NCBI GenBank assembly: GCA_028704555.1 | Contig: JAQWFD010000010.1 | Location: 22,992 to 86,991, forward strand | Length of the DNA stretch: 64,000 bases | Source of the DNA: Desulfobacterales bacterium | GTDB taxonomy: Bacteria; Desulfobacterota; Desulfobacteria; Desulfobacterales; JAQWFD01 | Reading direction: 5' to 3' | In this document: in pieces, positions 30,938 through 40,100 of the stretch | Numbering within the stretch: position 1 is the stretch's first letter | How the letters are laid out: each line of letters begins with the position of its first letter | Made by a program: the position numbers and the translations under genes | Notes under the pieces: generated by a model | Seen by the model: the letters and a program-made list of their open reading frames with translations, nothing else | Told to the model about the DNA's origin: nothing | Databases searched by the model: none

Positions 30938-31010
30938 GGGTTTGATCATAAGTTCGGCCACGTTGTCGCGGCCATAGATCGGAACTATGGCCGAAGTGAT
31001 GATCGAGTCC
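30938..31010. mobile_element. palindromic MITE, mini (73 bp) class, copy G
   Basis: Diverged termini GGGTTTGATCATAAGTTCGGCCA ... TGGCCGAAGTGATGATCGAGTCC. Perfect 8-bp flanking duplication GAAACCTG (30930-30937 and 31011-31018). Confidence 0.8.
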
Positions 31011-31167
31011 GAAACCTGCCTGACAGTCTTGAACGTATTTTTTTCGATAAACGTTTTTCCCAATGTTAATAAACTCATGCGGTATCCGGGTCAAGTTTTC
31101 CTTCCGGCCGACAACCTGAAAAAGTTTAGACGAGTTTTATCCGGAGTAAATTTTAAGGAGAAATGAT

Positions 31168-33180
31168 ATGAATTCCAATGGATTAAACCCGTTTTTTCAT
31201 CCGAAAAGCGTGGTTGTGATCGGTGCATCCGATCAACCCGGCAAACTGGGGCATGTGATATTGAACAATATCGTCAATGGCGGCTACCCGGGAACTGTTT
31301 ATCCGGTCAATCCCAAACAGGAGAAAATTCTGGGCCTGACCTGTTACAGCGCGGTCGGCCAGGTGCCGGATCAGGTCGACCTGGCGGTGGTGATTGTTCC
31401 GGCACGGTTTGTGCCCCAGGTTATTACCGAATGCGGGAAAAAGCGCGTCAAGGCGGCTATTATCGTTTCCGGAGGATTCAGGGAGATCGGTAAGGAAGGT
31501 GAAGCGCTTCAGCAGGCTGTTTTTGAGAATGCTCAAGCCTGGGGGATCAGGGTGCTGGGGCCGAACTGCCAGGGGGTGAACAACCCGTACCATCCTTTGT
31601 GCGCCTCATGGCCGCTTTTGACCGGCAGGGGGCGGGTGGCGGTCATCAGCCAGAGCGGTACCGTGGGGGCGGCCATGATGGACTGGTTTACCGAAGAGCA
31701 CCTGGGGGTATCGGGATTTGTGAGTATGGGCAACCGGGTCGATGTGGATGAAGCTGACCTGATCCGGTATTTTCAAACCGATTCCAACACAAAAGTGATT
31801 GCCCTGTATATGGAAGGCGTCAAGAACCCGGAACGGTTTCAGAAGGCGGTTGACGGGTTGACCAAGCCCCTGGTGGTGCTTAAATCCGGCCGCACGCCGA
31901 AGGGAAAACTGGCGGCGCAGTCGCACACCCGGTCCCTGGCCGGCGCGGATGCGGTCTATTCGGCCCTGTTTCAGCGATGCGGCATCTGCCGGGCCGATAC
32001 CATGGAAGAATTTTTTGATATGGCAAAGGCGCTGGCGTATCTGAAAAAACCAGTTGGCCGCCGGATCATGTTCGTCACGACCTCCGGGGGGGCCGGAATC
32101 CTGGCGGTGGATGCCGCTGAGCAAATGGGATTTGACATCCCGCCGCTTCCCGAAGAACTGATTCGTCAGCTGGATGAGATCATTCCCCCGCAGGCAATCC
32201 GGAACAACCCCCTGGACCTGACCGGTGATGCCAATGCCCGGATGTTTGAGGCTGTCATTCAAAAGGCCCGCCCGTTTTATGATACCTTGGGCATTATTTT
32301 CGGGGACCCGGTGGCTGATGCGTCCAGTGCCGTGACTCCGGAGGCCCATGAACTGGTCGTATTCATGGGTGGGGCGGATGTGGAGCGAAAGGAAAAAATC
32401 AAGATGCATGAGCAGGGGATTCCCGTGTTCCCGACGCCTGAAAGGGCGGTGAATGCCATGGCGCAGCTGCTTCCGCCCACTTCAGATTCAAAGCCGGTCT
32501 TCAGTAACCTGCCGGAAACAACCGCCCGCATCCATCTGGGGTTTTTTGAGAGCATCAGCTTTTTGAAGGATAAGGGCATTTGCTGCGTATCCGCCCGGTT
32601 GGCTCAAACCGCGGATGAGGCCGTTTGCCATGCGGATGAACTGGGCTATCCGGTTGTATTGAAAATCGAATCGCCGGATGTCATGCATAAATCCGATGTG
32701 GGCGGTGTGCGGTTGAACCTGAATACGGCTGACGAGGTCAAGGTGGCCTTTATTGAAATGACCGGTTCGTTTTGTCAGGAACATCCAAAATGGGAGATTC
32801 GTGGGGGGGGTGTCAGTGCCATGGCGCCGCCATCGGGTCTTGAGGTGATCATGGGATTCATCCGGGACCCCCAGTTCGGGCCGGTGATGCTGTTTGGCCT
32901 GGGAGGGGTGCTGGTGGAACTGGTTCAGGATGTCAGCACGCGGCTGCTGCCGCTCACCCGGCAGGAGGCACTGGATATGATGGGGGAAATCAGGGGCGCG
33001 GTATTGCTCAAAGGCTATCGGGGAAGGCCGCCGGTGGATGTGAACGCACTGGCGGATCTGCTTGTGCGCCTGGCGGAGATTGCCCGGGTTCATGAAGATA
33101 TCGTGGAGATGGATCTGAACCCGGTGCTGGCTTACCCTTCCGGGGCACTGGTGGTGGATGCACGGATCTTGAAGCGTTAA
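31168..33180 (+). CDS. ADP-forming acetyl-CoA synthetase family protein (CoA-binding plus ATP-grasp fusion)
   Basis: N-terminal VVVIGASDQPGKLGH...YPVNPK CoA-binding/succinyl-CoA-synthetase-like domains and a C-terminal ATP-grasp domain. 670 aa. Confidence 0.8.
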   Translation: MNSNGLNPFFHPKSVVVIGASDQPGKLGHVILNNIVNGGYPGTVYPVNPKQEKILGLTCYSAVGQVPDQVDLAVVIVPARFVPQVITECGKKRVKAAIIVSGGFREIGKEGEALQQAVFENAQAWGIRVLGPNCQGVNNPYHPLCASWPLLTGRGRVAVISQSGTVGAAMMDWFTEEHLGVSGFVSMGNRVDVDEADLIRYFQTDSNTKVIALYMEGVKNPERFQKAVDGLTKPLVVLKSGRTPKGKLAAQSHTRSLAGADAVYSALFQRCGICRADTMEEFFDMAKALAYLKKPVGRRIMFVTTSGGAGILAVDAAEQMGFDIPPLPEELIRQLDEIIPPQAIRNNPLDLTGDANARMFEAVIQKARPFYDTLGIIFGDPVADASSAVTPEAHELVVFMGGADVERKEKIKMHEQGIPVFPTPERAVNAMAQLLPPTSDSKPVFSNLPETTARIHLGFFESISFLKDKGICCVSARLAQTADEAVCHADELGYPVVLKIESPDVMHKSDVGGVRLNLNTADEVKVAFIEMTGSFCQEHPKWEIRGGGVSAMAPPSGLEVIMGFIRDPQFGPVMLFGLGGVLVELVQDVSTRLLPLTRQEALDMMGEIRGAVLLKGYRGRPPVDVNALADLLVRLAEIARVHEDIVEMDLNPVLAYPSGALVVDARILKR

Positions 33181-33202
33181 GGGCCTCGGCCGCGTCAGGT
33201 GT

Positions 33203-36031
33203 TTACCGATGGCGCAAATGAAGAAAGCTGTTAAGAAACTGTCCGGTATATGAGGCCGTATTTTGGGCGAGCTGTTCCGGTGAGCCGGTTCCGACAATAT
33301 ACCCGCCGGCATCGCCCCCTTCGGGCCCAAGATCGATAATATGATCGGCTGACTTGATCACATCCAGATTGTGTTCGATGACAATGACCGTATTTCCCAT
33401 ATCCACCAGCTTGTTCAGGACGATGAGCAGCCGGGAGATGTCATCGGTGTGAAGACCTGTGGTAGGCTCATCCAGAATATACAGGGTGTTGCCGGTGCCT
33501 TTTTTACTCAGCTCCCGGCCCAGTTTGATTCGCTGGGCTTCTCCTCCGGACAATGTCGTCGCTGCCTGTCCAATATGGATATATCCCAGCCCCACATCCA
33601 CCAGCGTTTCAAGCTTGGAGCGAATGGGCGGTATGTGGGTGAAAAAAGCAAGCCCCTGATTGACGGTCATATTCAGCACATCGTCTATGTTGCATCCCTT
33701 GTACTGGATTTCAAGGGTTTCACGATTATAGCGTTTCCCGCCACACACATCACAGGAAACATAGACATCGGGCAGAAAATGCATTTCTATTTTGACAATA
33801 CCGTCACCACCGCAGGCCTCGCATCTTCCGCCCTTGATGTTGAAACTGAAACGGCCTGGTTTGTACCCCCGGACCCGGGATTCACGGGTTTTGGAAAACA
33901 GCTCCCGGATATGGGTGAAGATACCGGTGTAGGTTCCCGGGTTGGATCTCGGGGTCTTGCCGATAGGAGACTGGTCGATATGGATGACTTTATCGACAGC
34001 CTCGACACCGGAGACTGACGAATAGGATCCGGAAGGAATACGGGCATGATACAGATGCCGGGCCAGTATCGGGTACACCGTTTCCAGAACCAGGGTCGAT
34101 TTGCCGGAACCTGATACGCCGGTAACGCAGATAAAACAGCCCAGGGGAAATTCAACCCGGATGTGCTTCAGGTTATTTTCACAGGCGCCCTCGATGATCA
34201 ATGATTTTCCGGAACCCGAGCGCCGTCGGGACGGGACAGGAATGGATTTGCGGCCTGACAGGTACTGACCGGTCAGAGAACGGGTGTCGTCAAGAAGTTT
34301 ATCCGGCGGCCCGGAAAACATGATTTCCCCTCCGTGCATCCCGGCCCCCGGCCCCATATCCACCACAAAGTCGGAAGCCATGATGGTGTCTTCATCATGT
34401 TCGACGACGATTACGGTATTGCCCAGATTTTTCAGGGTCATCAGGGTTTCCAGCAGCCGCTGGTTGTCTCTCTGGTGCAGTCCGATGCTGGGCTCGTCGA
34501 GAACATAGAGCACGCCGGTAAGTTTTGAGCCGATCTGGGTGGCCAGGCGTATCCGCTGGCTTTCACCCCCGGACAGGGTGTATGCCGCCCGGTCCAGTGT
34601 CAGATAGGTCAGGCCGACATGGTTTAAAAATCCCAGCCTTTCGGTAATTTCTTTCAATATCCTCTCGGCGATCAGCTGATCCCGGTCAGATAAGGTCATT
34701 TCCGAAAAAAAAGAATACGCTTTTTCGATGGTTAATGCGGTGACCTGAGGCAGGGTAACCCCATTTACGGTAACCGATCGGCTGACCGGGTTGAGCCGGG
34801 TTCCCCTGCATTCGGGGCAGGGGTGAAAGCTCATGTATCGGCGGATCTCATCCCGGGTTTGGGCTGAGTCCGTATCGATATATTGCCGCCTGAGTTTTGG
34901 AATCAGGCCTTCAAAGGTTTTCTGGTAGGTACCCCGTCCAGTGTCGCGTTCAAAATAAAAGGGGATCTGCTCTTTTCCCGATCCGTACAGGAGAACCTGC
35001 CTGAAGTGCTCCGGGAGGTCTTTTACGGGCGTATAAATGTCCACGCCGTAGTGAGATGTCAGGGCGTCGAGGAACTCAAAAAACTGGACGGAGTTTCTGT
35101 TGGCCCACTGCGCCACCGCTCCGTCCCTGAGGGAAAGTTCCGGATTGGGAATGATCAGATCCGGATCAAATTCGGTTGTGGACCCCATCCCGTCGCATTC
35201 GGGGCAGGCGCCCTGAGGAGAATTAAATGAAAAACTGGCCGGTGTAAAGGCCGGATAACTGACTCCGCAGGAGATGCAGGTCAGCTTTTCGCTGAATAAA
35301 ATGGGCTCTCCATCGACCACATCCACTTCAATCCATCCGTCTGCCTGTGCCATGGCAAGCTCGATGGAATCTGCCAGCCGGTTTCGGATACGCTCGTTGA
35401 TCACCAGACGATCGACAATGACATCGATCTGATGGCGGCTGTTTTTATCCAGTTTTTCGACGCGTTCGATTTCCAGAATGCTGCCGTCAACCCGGACACG
35501 GGCAAATCCCTCTTTTTTCAGGCGGGCAAGGATTTTTTCATGGGATCCTTTCTGGGCGGATACAACCGGGGAAAGAATGATGATTCTGGTTTTTTCGGGC
35601 AGGGCCATCACCTGATCGATCATCTGATCGATGGTCTGGGAGGTGATCGGCCGGCCGCACAGGTGGCAGTGCGGGGTGCCGATTCTGGCATAGAGAAGCC
35701 GGAGATAATCATATATTTCGGTGATGGTACCCACCGTGGAGCGGGGGTTGTGACTGGCCGTCTTCTGCTCGATGGCGATAGCCGGTGAAAGCCCTTCGAT
35801 CATATCCACATCGGGTTTTTCCAGACGCTCCAGGAACTGGCGTGCGTAAGTGGAAAGCGATTCGACATATCGTCGCTGGCCTTCGGCATATAAGGTGTCG
35901 AACGCCAGGGTGGACTTGCCGGAACCGGACAGCCCGGTGATGACGACCAGGCTGTTTCGAGGGATATCGATATCGATGTTTTTCAGGTTATGCTGCCTGG
36001 CTCCCCGGATGATGATGAAATCTGAATTCAT
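33203..36031 (-). CDS. uvrA: excinuclease ABC subunit A
   Basis: 942 aa. GLSGSGKSTLAFDTLYAEGQRRYVESLS, zinc-finger Cys motifs, and a second ABC module GVSGSGKSTL. Confidence 0.95.
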   Translation of the reverse strand: MNSDFIIIRGARQHNLKNIDIDIPRNSLVVITGLSGSGKSTLAFDTLYAEGQRRYVESLSTYARQFLERLEKPDVDMIEGLSPAIAIEQKTASHNPRSTVGTITEIYDYLRLLYARIGTPHCHLCGRPITSQTIDQMIDQVMALPEKTRIIILSPVVSAQKGSHEKILARLKKEGFARVRVDGSILEIERVEKLDKNSRHQIDVIVDRLVINERIRNRLADSIELAMAQADGWIEVDVVDGEPILFSEKLTCISCGVSYPAFTPASFSFNSPQGACPECDGMGSTTEFDPDLIIPNPELSLRDGAVAQWANRNSVQFFEFLDALTSHYGVDIYTPVKDLPEHFRQVLLYGSGKEQIPFYFERDTGRGTYQKTFEGLIPKLRRQYIDTDSAQTRDEIRRYMSFHPCPECRGTRLNPVSRSVTVNGVTLPQVTALTIEKAYSFFSEMTLSDRDQLIAERILKEITERLGFLNHVGLTYLTLDRAAYTLSGGESQRIRLATQIGSKLTGVLYVLDEPSIGLHQRDNQRLLETLMTLKNLGNTVIVVEHDEDTIMASDFVVDMGPGAGMHGGEIMFSGPPDKLLDDTRSLTGQYLSGRKSIPVPSRRRSGSGKSLIIEGACENNLKHIRVEFPLGCFICVTGVSGSGKSTLVLETVYPILARHLYHARIPSGSYSSVSGVEAVDKVIHIDQSPIGKTPRSNPGTYTGIFTHIRELFSKTRESRVRGYKPGRFSFNIKGGRCEACGGDGIVKIEMHFLPDVYVSCDVCGGKRYNRETLEIQYKGCNIDDVLNMTVNQGLAFFTHIPPIRSKLETLVDVGLGYIHIGQAATTLSGGEAQRIKLGRELSKKGTGNTLYILDEPTTGLHTDDISRLLIVLNKLVDMGNTVIVIEHNLDVIKSADHIIDLGPEGGDAGGYIVGTGSPEQLAQNTASYTGQFLNSFLHLRHR

Positions 36032-36128
36032 GATTTGGTCCAGTCTGTCAGTATCCCTGAAAAATTTAAAAAAAGTATTTCTTTCAAGAACCGCTCAAAA
36101 GCAGAGGCCACGACGCTTGGCTCTTGGC

Positions 36129-37136
36129 TCACGACCGCATCACCACTGCCTGGTGTGATGCCATCCGGATTGCCGCTATCAGGCTTCCCGGATCGGCCGT
36201 GCCGTTTCCGGCAATATCGTAGGCGGTGCCATGGTCAACCGATGTCCGGATAATCGGAAGGCCGAGGGTCGTATTGACTCCGTCGGTAAAATGAACCATT
36301 TTAAACGGAATCAGTCCCTGATCATGGTACATGCAGACGACAGCATCATAACGGCCTTTTGCCGCATGATAAAAGAGCGTGTCCGGCGGGTAAGGGCCGG
36401 AGACCTCCAGTCCTTCGCGTCGTGCCTGATCGATGGCCGGCAGAATCCACCGGGTTTCCTCGTCGCCGAACATGCCGCCTTCTCCGGCATGGGGATTTAA
36501 TGCCGCGACCGCTATCTGCGGGGATGAAATACCAAAGCGCTGTTTTAATGATCGATCCGTAATCCGGATGGTGTCCAATACCGATTGGGTGGTAATCAGT
36601 CGGGGGACGTCTTGTAACGGGACGTGAATGGTTACCAGCACAACCCTGAGCTTGTCCCCGGCAAGCATCATGGCATATTCCCGGGCATGGGTTTTTTCCG
36701 CCAGCAGTTCCGTGTGGCCGTTATAACGGTATCCGGCCATGTGCATGGCGCTTTTATTGATCGGACACGTGACGATGGCAGAAATTTTACCTGTTAACGC
36801 CATATTGACGGCTTCAAGGATATAGCCGACCATGGCTTTTCCGGTCTCAACGCTGGGCTTTCCCCACTGAATGGCGCGGGGATCAAGGTCGGAAAGGTTC
36901 AATACGTCGATCGTGCCATGTGTATAAGCGCCGGCACCCGGAATTTGAACGGCCGTTATCCGCAACGGACTATCGGTGGAATCTGCTGTGGCGGTTAACC
37001 AGTTGAAATCTCCGAATACAAGGGGTTTGCAGATTTCATATATCGAAGGTGCCTGCAGCGCTGACAGGATGATTTCGGGGCCGATACCTACCGGATCTCC
37101 CAGGGTGATGCCAATGACGGGGCGTTGGTCTGTCAT
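36129..37136 (-). CDS. pdxA: 4-hydroxythreonine-4-phosphate dehydrogenase
   Basis: IGITLGDPVGIGPEI N-terminus and SVDHGTAYDIAG near the C-terminus. Confidence 0.85.
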   Translation of the reverse strand: MTDQRPVIGITLGDPVGIGPEIILSALQAPSIYEICKPLVFGDFNWLTATADSTDSPLRITAVQIPGAGAYTHGTIDVLNLSDLDPRAIQWGKPSVETGKAMVGYILEAVNMALTGKISAIVTCPINKSAMHMAGYRYNGHTELLAEKTHAREYAMMLAGDKLRVVLVTIHVPLQDVPRLITTQSVLDTIRITDRSLKQRFGISSPQIAVAALNPHAGEGGMFGDEETRWILPAIDQARREGLEVSGPYPPDTLFYHAAKGRYDAVVCMYHDQGLIPFKMVHFTDGVNTTLGLPIIRTSVDHGTAYDIAGNGTADPGSLIAAIRMASHQAVVMRS

Positions 37137-37455
37137 GATGAATGCCTTGAAAAAATATATACAGTTAAAGACGATTTTAAATTCTGAAAGGCTGAGTTTG
37201 TCCAGATATTCATTGAACAGGGGCGACCCTTTTCAGAATTTATGAAGAAAACGGAGTCTGCTTTTCAGCCTTTATGTCATATCAGTCCCGGTGATCCCGA
37301 TTTGTCCGCCAATTCCGCCGGGAATGGGCTGTGATCAAGGTTAAAAATTATCCGACAAAAGATTATTTTTCTTTCATATCATGTTTGCCGGATGCTGTCA
37401 GCATAGATTCCAATCCTCAGATTCATATCCCGTGATCATCCATAAATCTGGTTTT

Positions 37456-37600
37456 GGGCTTGATCATAACTGCGGCCATATTCTCTTACGTGTAGTTTCG
37501 AAGTCCCGGCCGTTGCCCCGTATCGTGCTGGAGAAGCCGGAAACGGCCGGGACGGCCCTCACGACGTTATGGCCGCAGTTATGATCTTATGATCAAGCCC
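37456..37600. mobile_element. palindromic MITE, medium (about 140 bp) class, copy C
   Basis: Same termini as copy A but lacks the central ~115 bp. Flanks are CTGGTTTT / CGGGTTTT (7 of 8). Internal 8-nt duplication TTATGATC in the right end. Confidence 0.85.
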
Positions 37601-37619
37601 CGGGTTTTCAAAAGGTGGG

Positions 37620-38300
37620 GGCATGGATGGGCGCTTGAAATCCGGAAATGAGGATTTTAGAAGTTTGCGTTTATCTGTCAAAGGTCATTACATCAAAAAC
37701 GGCTTTACAATAAAGAAAATAGATGAAAATCATAGATAAATAAAGAATATTTGAGAACGTCATGCGGCTGACAAATTGTCAATTAGCGTGGATGTACTTA
37801 AAATGCTTAAAAAAAATGTCTTTCTACGTAATGGCTGTATTTATGAGTATTTATAGGCCATTATAAAATAATGTCATTAAAAAACAAATGGTTGCAAAAT
37901 ATATCAGACGCAAATCCTAATGGGTTGCAAACCGAATTTATTCGGATTGACAAATAACTACCAATGAAATAATAAAAGGCATTCTTCAATGAGCACTGAT
38001 GGGATAAACCGAATAGTGTAAAAAAAAACAGTTAAAACAGTTTGTTTTGATGCATAAAAATTCCCTTTCACTCAAAGGGATTCATTTTTTTATATATGTA
38101 TGTTCTTATATACTCGTCTTCTGTCTCTCTGTCGATTGATCCGAGCGGAGTTTTTCAAACTGGCATGTCTTAAAAATTACCTGCTTTAAATCCGAGTTTT
38201 TATCTGCAATTTTTTTAAGGGTGAAGTTAATCGGTTATCCTGGAATAATTGAATGTGTTGAGTTGTATTTATCTTTTAACCAATTAAAAATTAAAAGAAT
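37620..38300. other. AT-rich ORF-free region upstream of dnaA (candidate oriC / dnaA control region)
   Basis: About 680 bp, visibly much more AT-rich than the surroundings, with no ORF of 60 aa or more. Contains short direct repeats (ATGGTTGCAAA/ATGGGTTGCAAA, GTATTTAT x2), the palindrome CCGAATTTATTCGG, and only weak DnaA-box-like 9-mers (TTATCTGCA, TGGGATAAA). Confidence 0.4.
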
Positions 38301-38307
38301 CAAGCCG

Positions 38308-39672
38308 ATGAAATCTGTCTGGAACGAGGTTAAACAAAATATCAAACAGCAGGTACCCGCCCATATATTTACCATGTGGATCGATACGCTGGAGCTGGAA
38401 AAAATTGAAAATAATGAAATTATGCTTTCAACTCCCAATTTTTTTTCCAAAAAACGCGTCCTTGATCATTACGGGGCTCTGATTGAGTCAATCATATCTC
38501 GTATTACAGACAATAAAGTAAACAAGCTGACAGTACAGGTGGCAGAGGGTGCCAGCCCCCGAAGGGAAACTTCCCGGCTGGTTTCAACGGCATCGAATCT
38601 CGACCTTCAGATCCCTTTGCCCATTATGAATGTGAAAGCCCGTAATGGCCGGTTATTACGAAAGGATTTCACGTTTGATAACTTTGTCGTCAGCGGGAAC
38701 AATAATTTTGCCTATTCGGCGGCCATGTCGTTAGCGTCCCAGAGACAAAACTGTCAGAATTCCTTGTTTTTATTATCCCAGACCGGAATGGGTAAAAGCC
38801 ATCTGGCACAGGCCGTCGGCCATCATATATTGTCTCAGCAGCCGAATGAACGTGTATTTTATATTACTTTGGAAGATTTTACCAATGAGATGGTTCAGTC
38901 GTTTCGGAATGATACCATCTCCGATTTCAAGGAAAAATATCGAAGACACTGTGATGTGTTGCTGCTGGAGGATGTGCAGTTTTTAACCGGTAAAGAACGC
39001 ACCCAGATCGAACTGGCCCTGATCCTGGATTACCTGTTCGATGCGGAAAAAAAGATTATTTTCAGCAGCTGCTATCTTCCGGGGGATATTCCGAAGATGA
39101 TCGATCCGCTCAGATCCCGGTTATCAAGCAGTCTTATTTCAAGGATTGAGCCGCCTGATTTTAAAACCCGGATGAAAATCCTGTGTCAAAAATCACGGGA
39201 AAACGGGTATGGTCTGCCCGGAGAGATTCTTGAATATTTAGCCAGTGAACTTTCGGACGATGTCAGACAACTGGAATCCGGGCTGAAGAGCATTGTGACA
39301 AAGGCCTCTTTGATGAATACGGTCATCGATCTTGATCTTGCCAGAAGTGTTGTCGATAACATCGCGGTGAATAGAAAACAGATTACAATCGATGTCATCA
39401 AAAAACTTGTATCCAAAGAGTATGGGGTTTCTCTGGAAGAACTGGTGTCCCGGTCACGCAAACAGTGCTTTGTCCGTCCACGGCAGGTCGCCATTTACCT
39501 GGCACGGAAATATACGGATCAGCCGCTTCAGGTGATAGGCAAAGGCTTTAACCGGTATCATGCGACGGCGCTGCATTCTATCAATGTCGTGGAGCGTAAT
39601 GTAAAGCAGGATAATTCGGTTCGGGATCAGGTGAAGTTTTTGAGTGAAAAATTGGAAAACGGCCGATTCTGA
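38308..39672 (+). CDS. dnaA: chromosomal replication initiator protein DnaA
   Basis: AAA+ Walker A GQTGMGKSHL, LLLEDVQFL box, and C-terminal DNA-binding domain (RPRQVAIYLARKYT...). The ATG at 38308 (MKSVWNEVK) fits the family. The ORF-track GTG at 38221 lies in the AT-rich leader. Confidence 0.9.
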   Translation: MKSVWNEVKQNIKQQVPAHIFTMWIDTLELEKIENNEIMLSTPNFFSKKRVLDHYGALIESIISRITDNKVNKLTVQVAEGASPRRETSRLVSTASNLDLQIPLPIMNVKARNGRLLRKDFTFDNFVVSGNNNFAYSAAMSLASQRQNCQNSLFLLSQTGMGKSHLAQAVGHHILSQQPNERVFYITLEDFTNEMVQSFRNDTISDFKEKYRRHCDVLLLEDVQFLTGKERTQIELALILDYLFDAEKKIIFSSCYLPGDIPKMIDPLRSRLSSSLISRIEPPDFKTRMKILCQKSRENGYGLPGEILEYLASELSDDVRQLESGLKSIVTKASLMNTVIDLDLARSVVDNIAVNRKQITIDVIKKLVSKEYGVSLEELVSRSRKQCFVRPRQVAIYLARKYTDQPLQVIGKGFNRYHATALHSINVVERNVKQDNSVRDQVKFLSEKLENGRF

Positions 39673-39690
39673 TTTTCAAGTCCGTGTCGG

Positions 39691-39716
39691 CTGGAATATA
39701 ATGGTTCCAGTTTTTT
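39691..39716 (+). terminator. rho-independent terminator after dnaA
   Basis: CTGGAA / TTCCAG stem, 8-nt loop, then TTTTTT, 19 nt after the dnaA stop. Confidence 0.6.
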
Positions 39717-39766
39717 GACTGCGGGAACATGCAGCGCATCTGATCACTTTTTTTATTAACCCCAGC

Positions 39767-39917
39767 GGCGCAAAAATCGGCAATGCGGTAGCGCCAACGC
39801 GCCCAAGGGTGAAACTGTAGAATGCTTACCGGCATCCTTTCTCCGTATCGTGTCGGAGAAGCCGGCAACGGCCGGGACGGTCCTCACGACGTTATGGCCG
39901 CAGTTATGATCAAGTCC
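39767..39917. repeat. rearranged/degenerate MITE-family copy D (intact right end only)
   Basis: Right half CCGTATCGTGTCGGAGAAGCCGGCAACGGCCGGGACGGTCCTCACGACGTTATGGCCGCAGTTATGATCAAGTCC matches the family. The left part shares GCGCAAAAATCGGCAATGCGGTAGCGCC...GGGTGAA with 20522-20600. No matching left terminus. Confidence 0.6.
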
Positions 39918-40100
39918 CAGATACAGTAGGGGCTTTTCCGGAAGGTAAACGAGATGGTGATTTTAATAAATGTCGACGTCACGATTCGTGATATCCGGAA
40001 TCTGCATTACGAATCTCCCCTCTGTTTGTAATCATTACCTTGTTTTTCACTGTTTTGGTTATGCAACGACGGGGTTAACATTTTACCGGCCGATACTGCC

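Noticed and set aside
31606-33330. Long antisense ORFs opposite well-supported genes, for example 31606-32409 and 32488-33330 opposite the acetyl-CoA synthetase gene, 33371-34018 opposite uvrA, 13975-14826 opposite the GT-C gene, 17356-17910 opposite hldE, and 9306-10007 opposite waaF.
   Set aside because: These are shadow ORFs typical of moderately GC-rich coding DNA. Their products are Arg/Pro/Gly-rich with no family resemblance, while the sense-strand genes are unambiguous.
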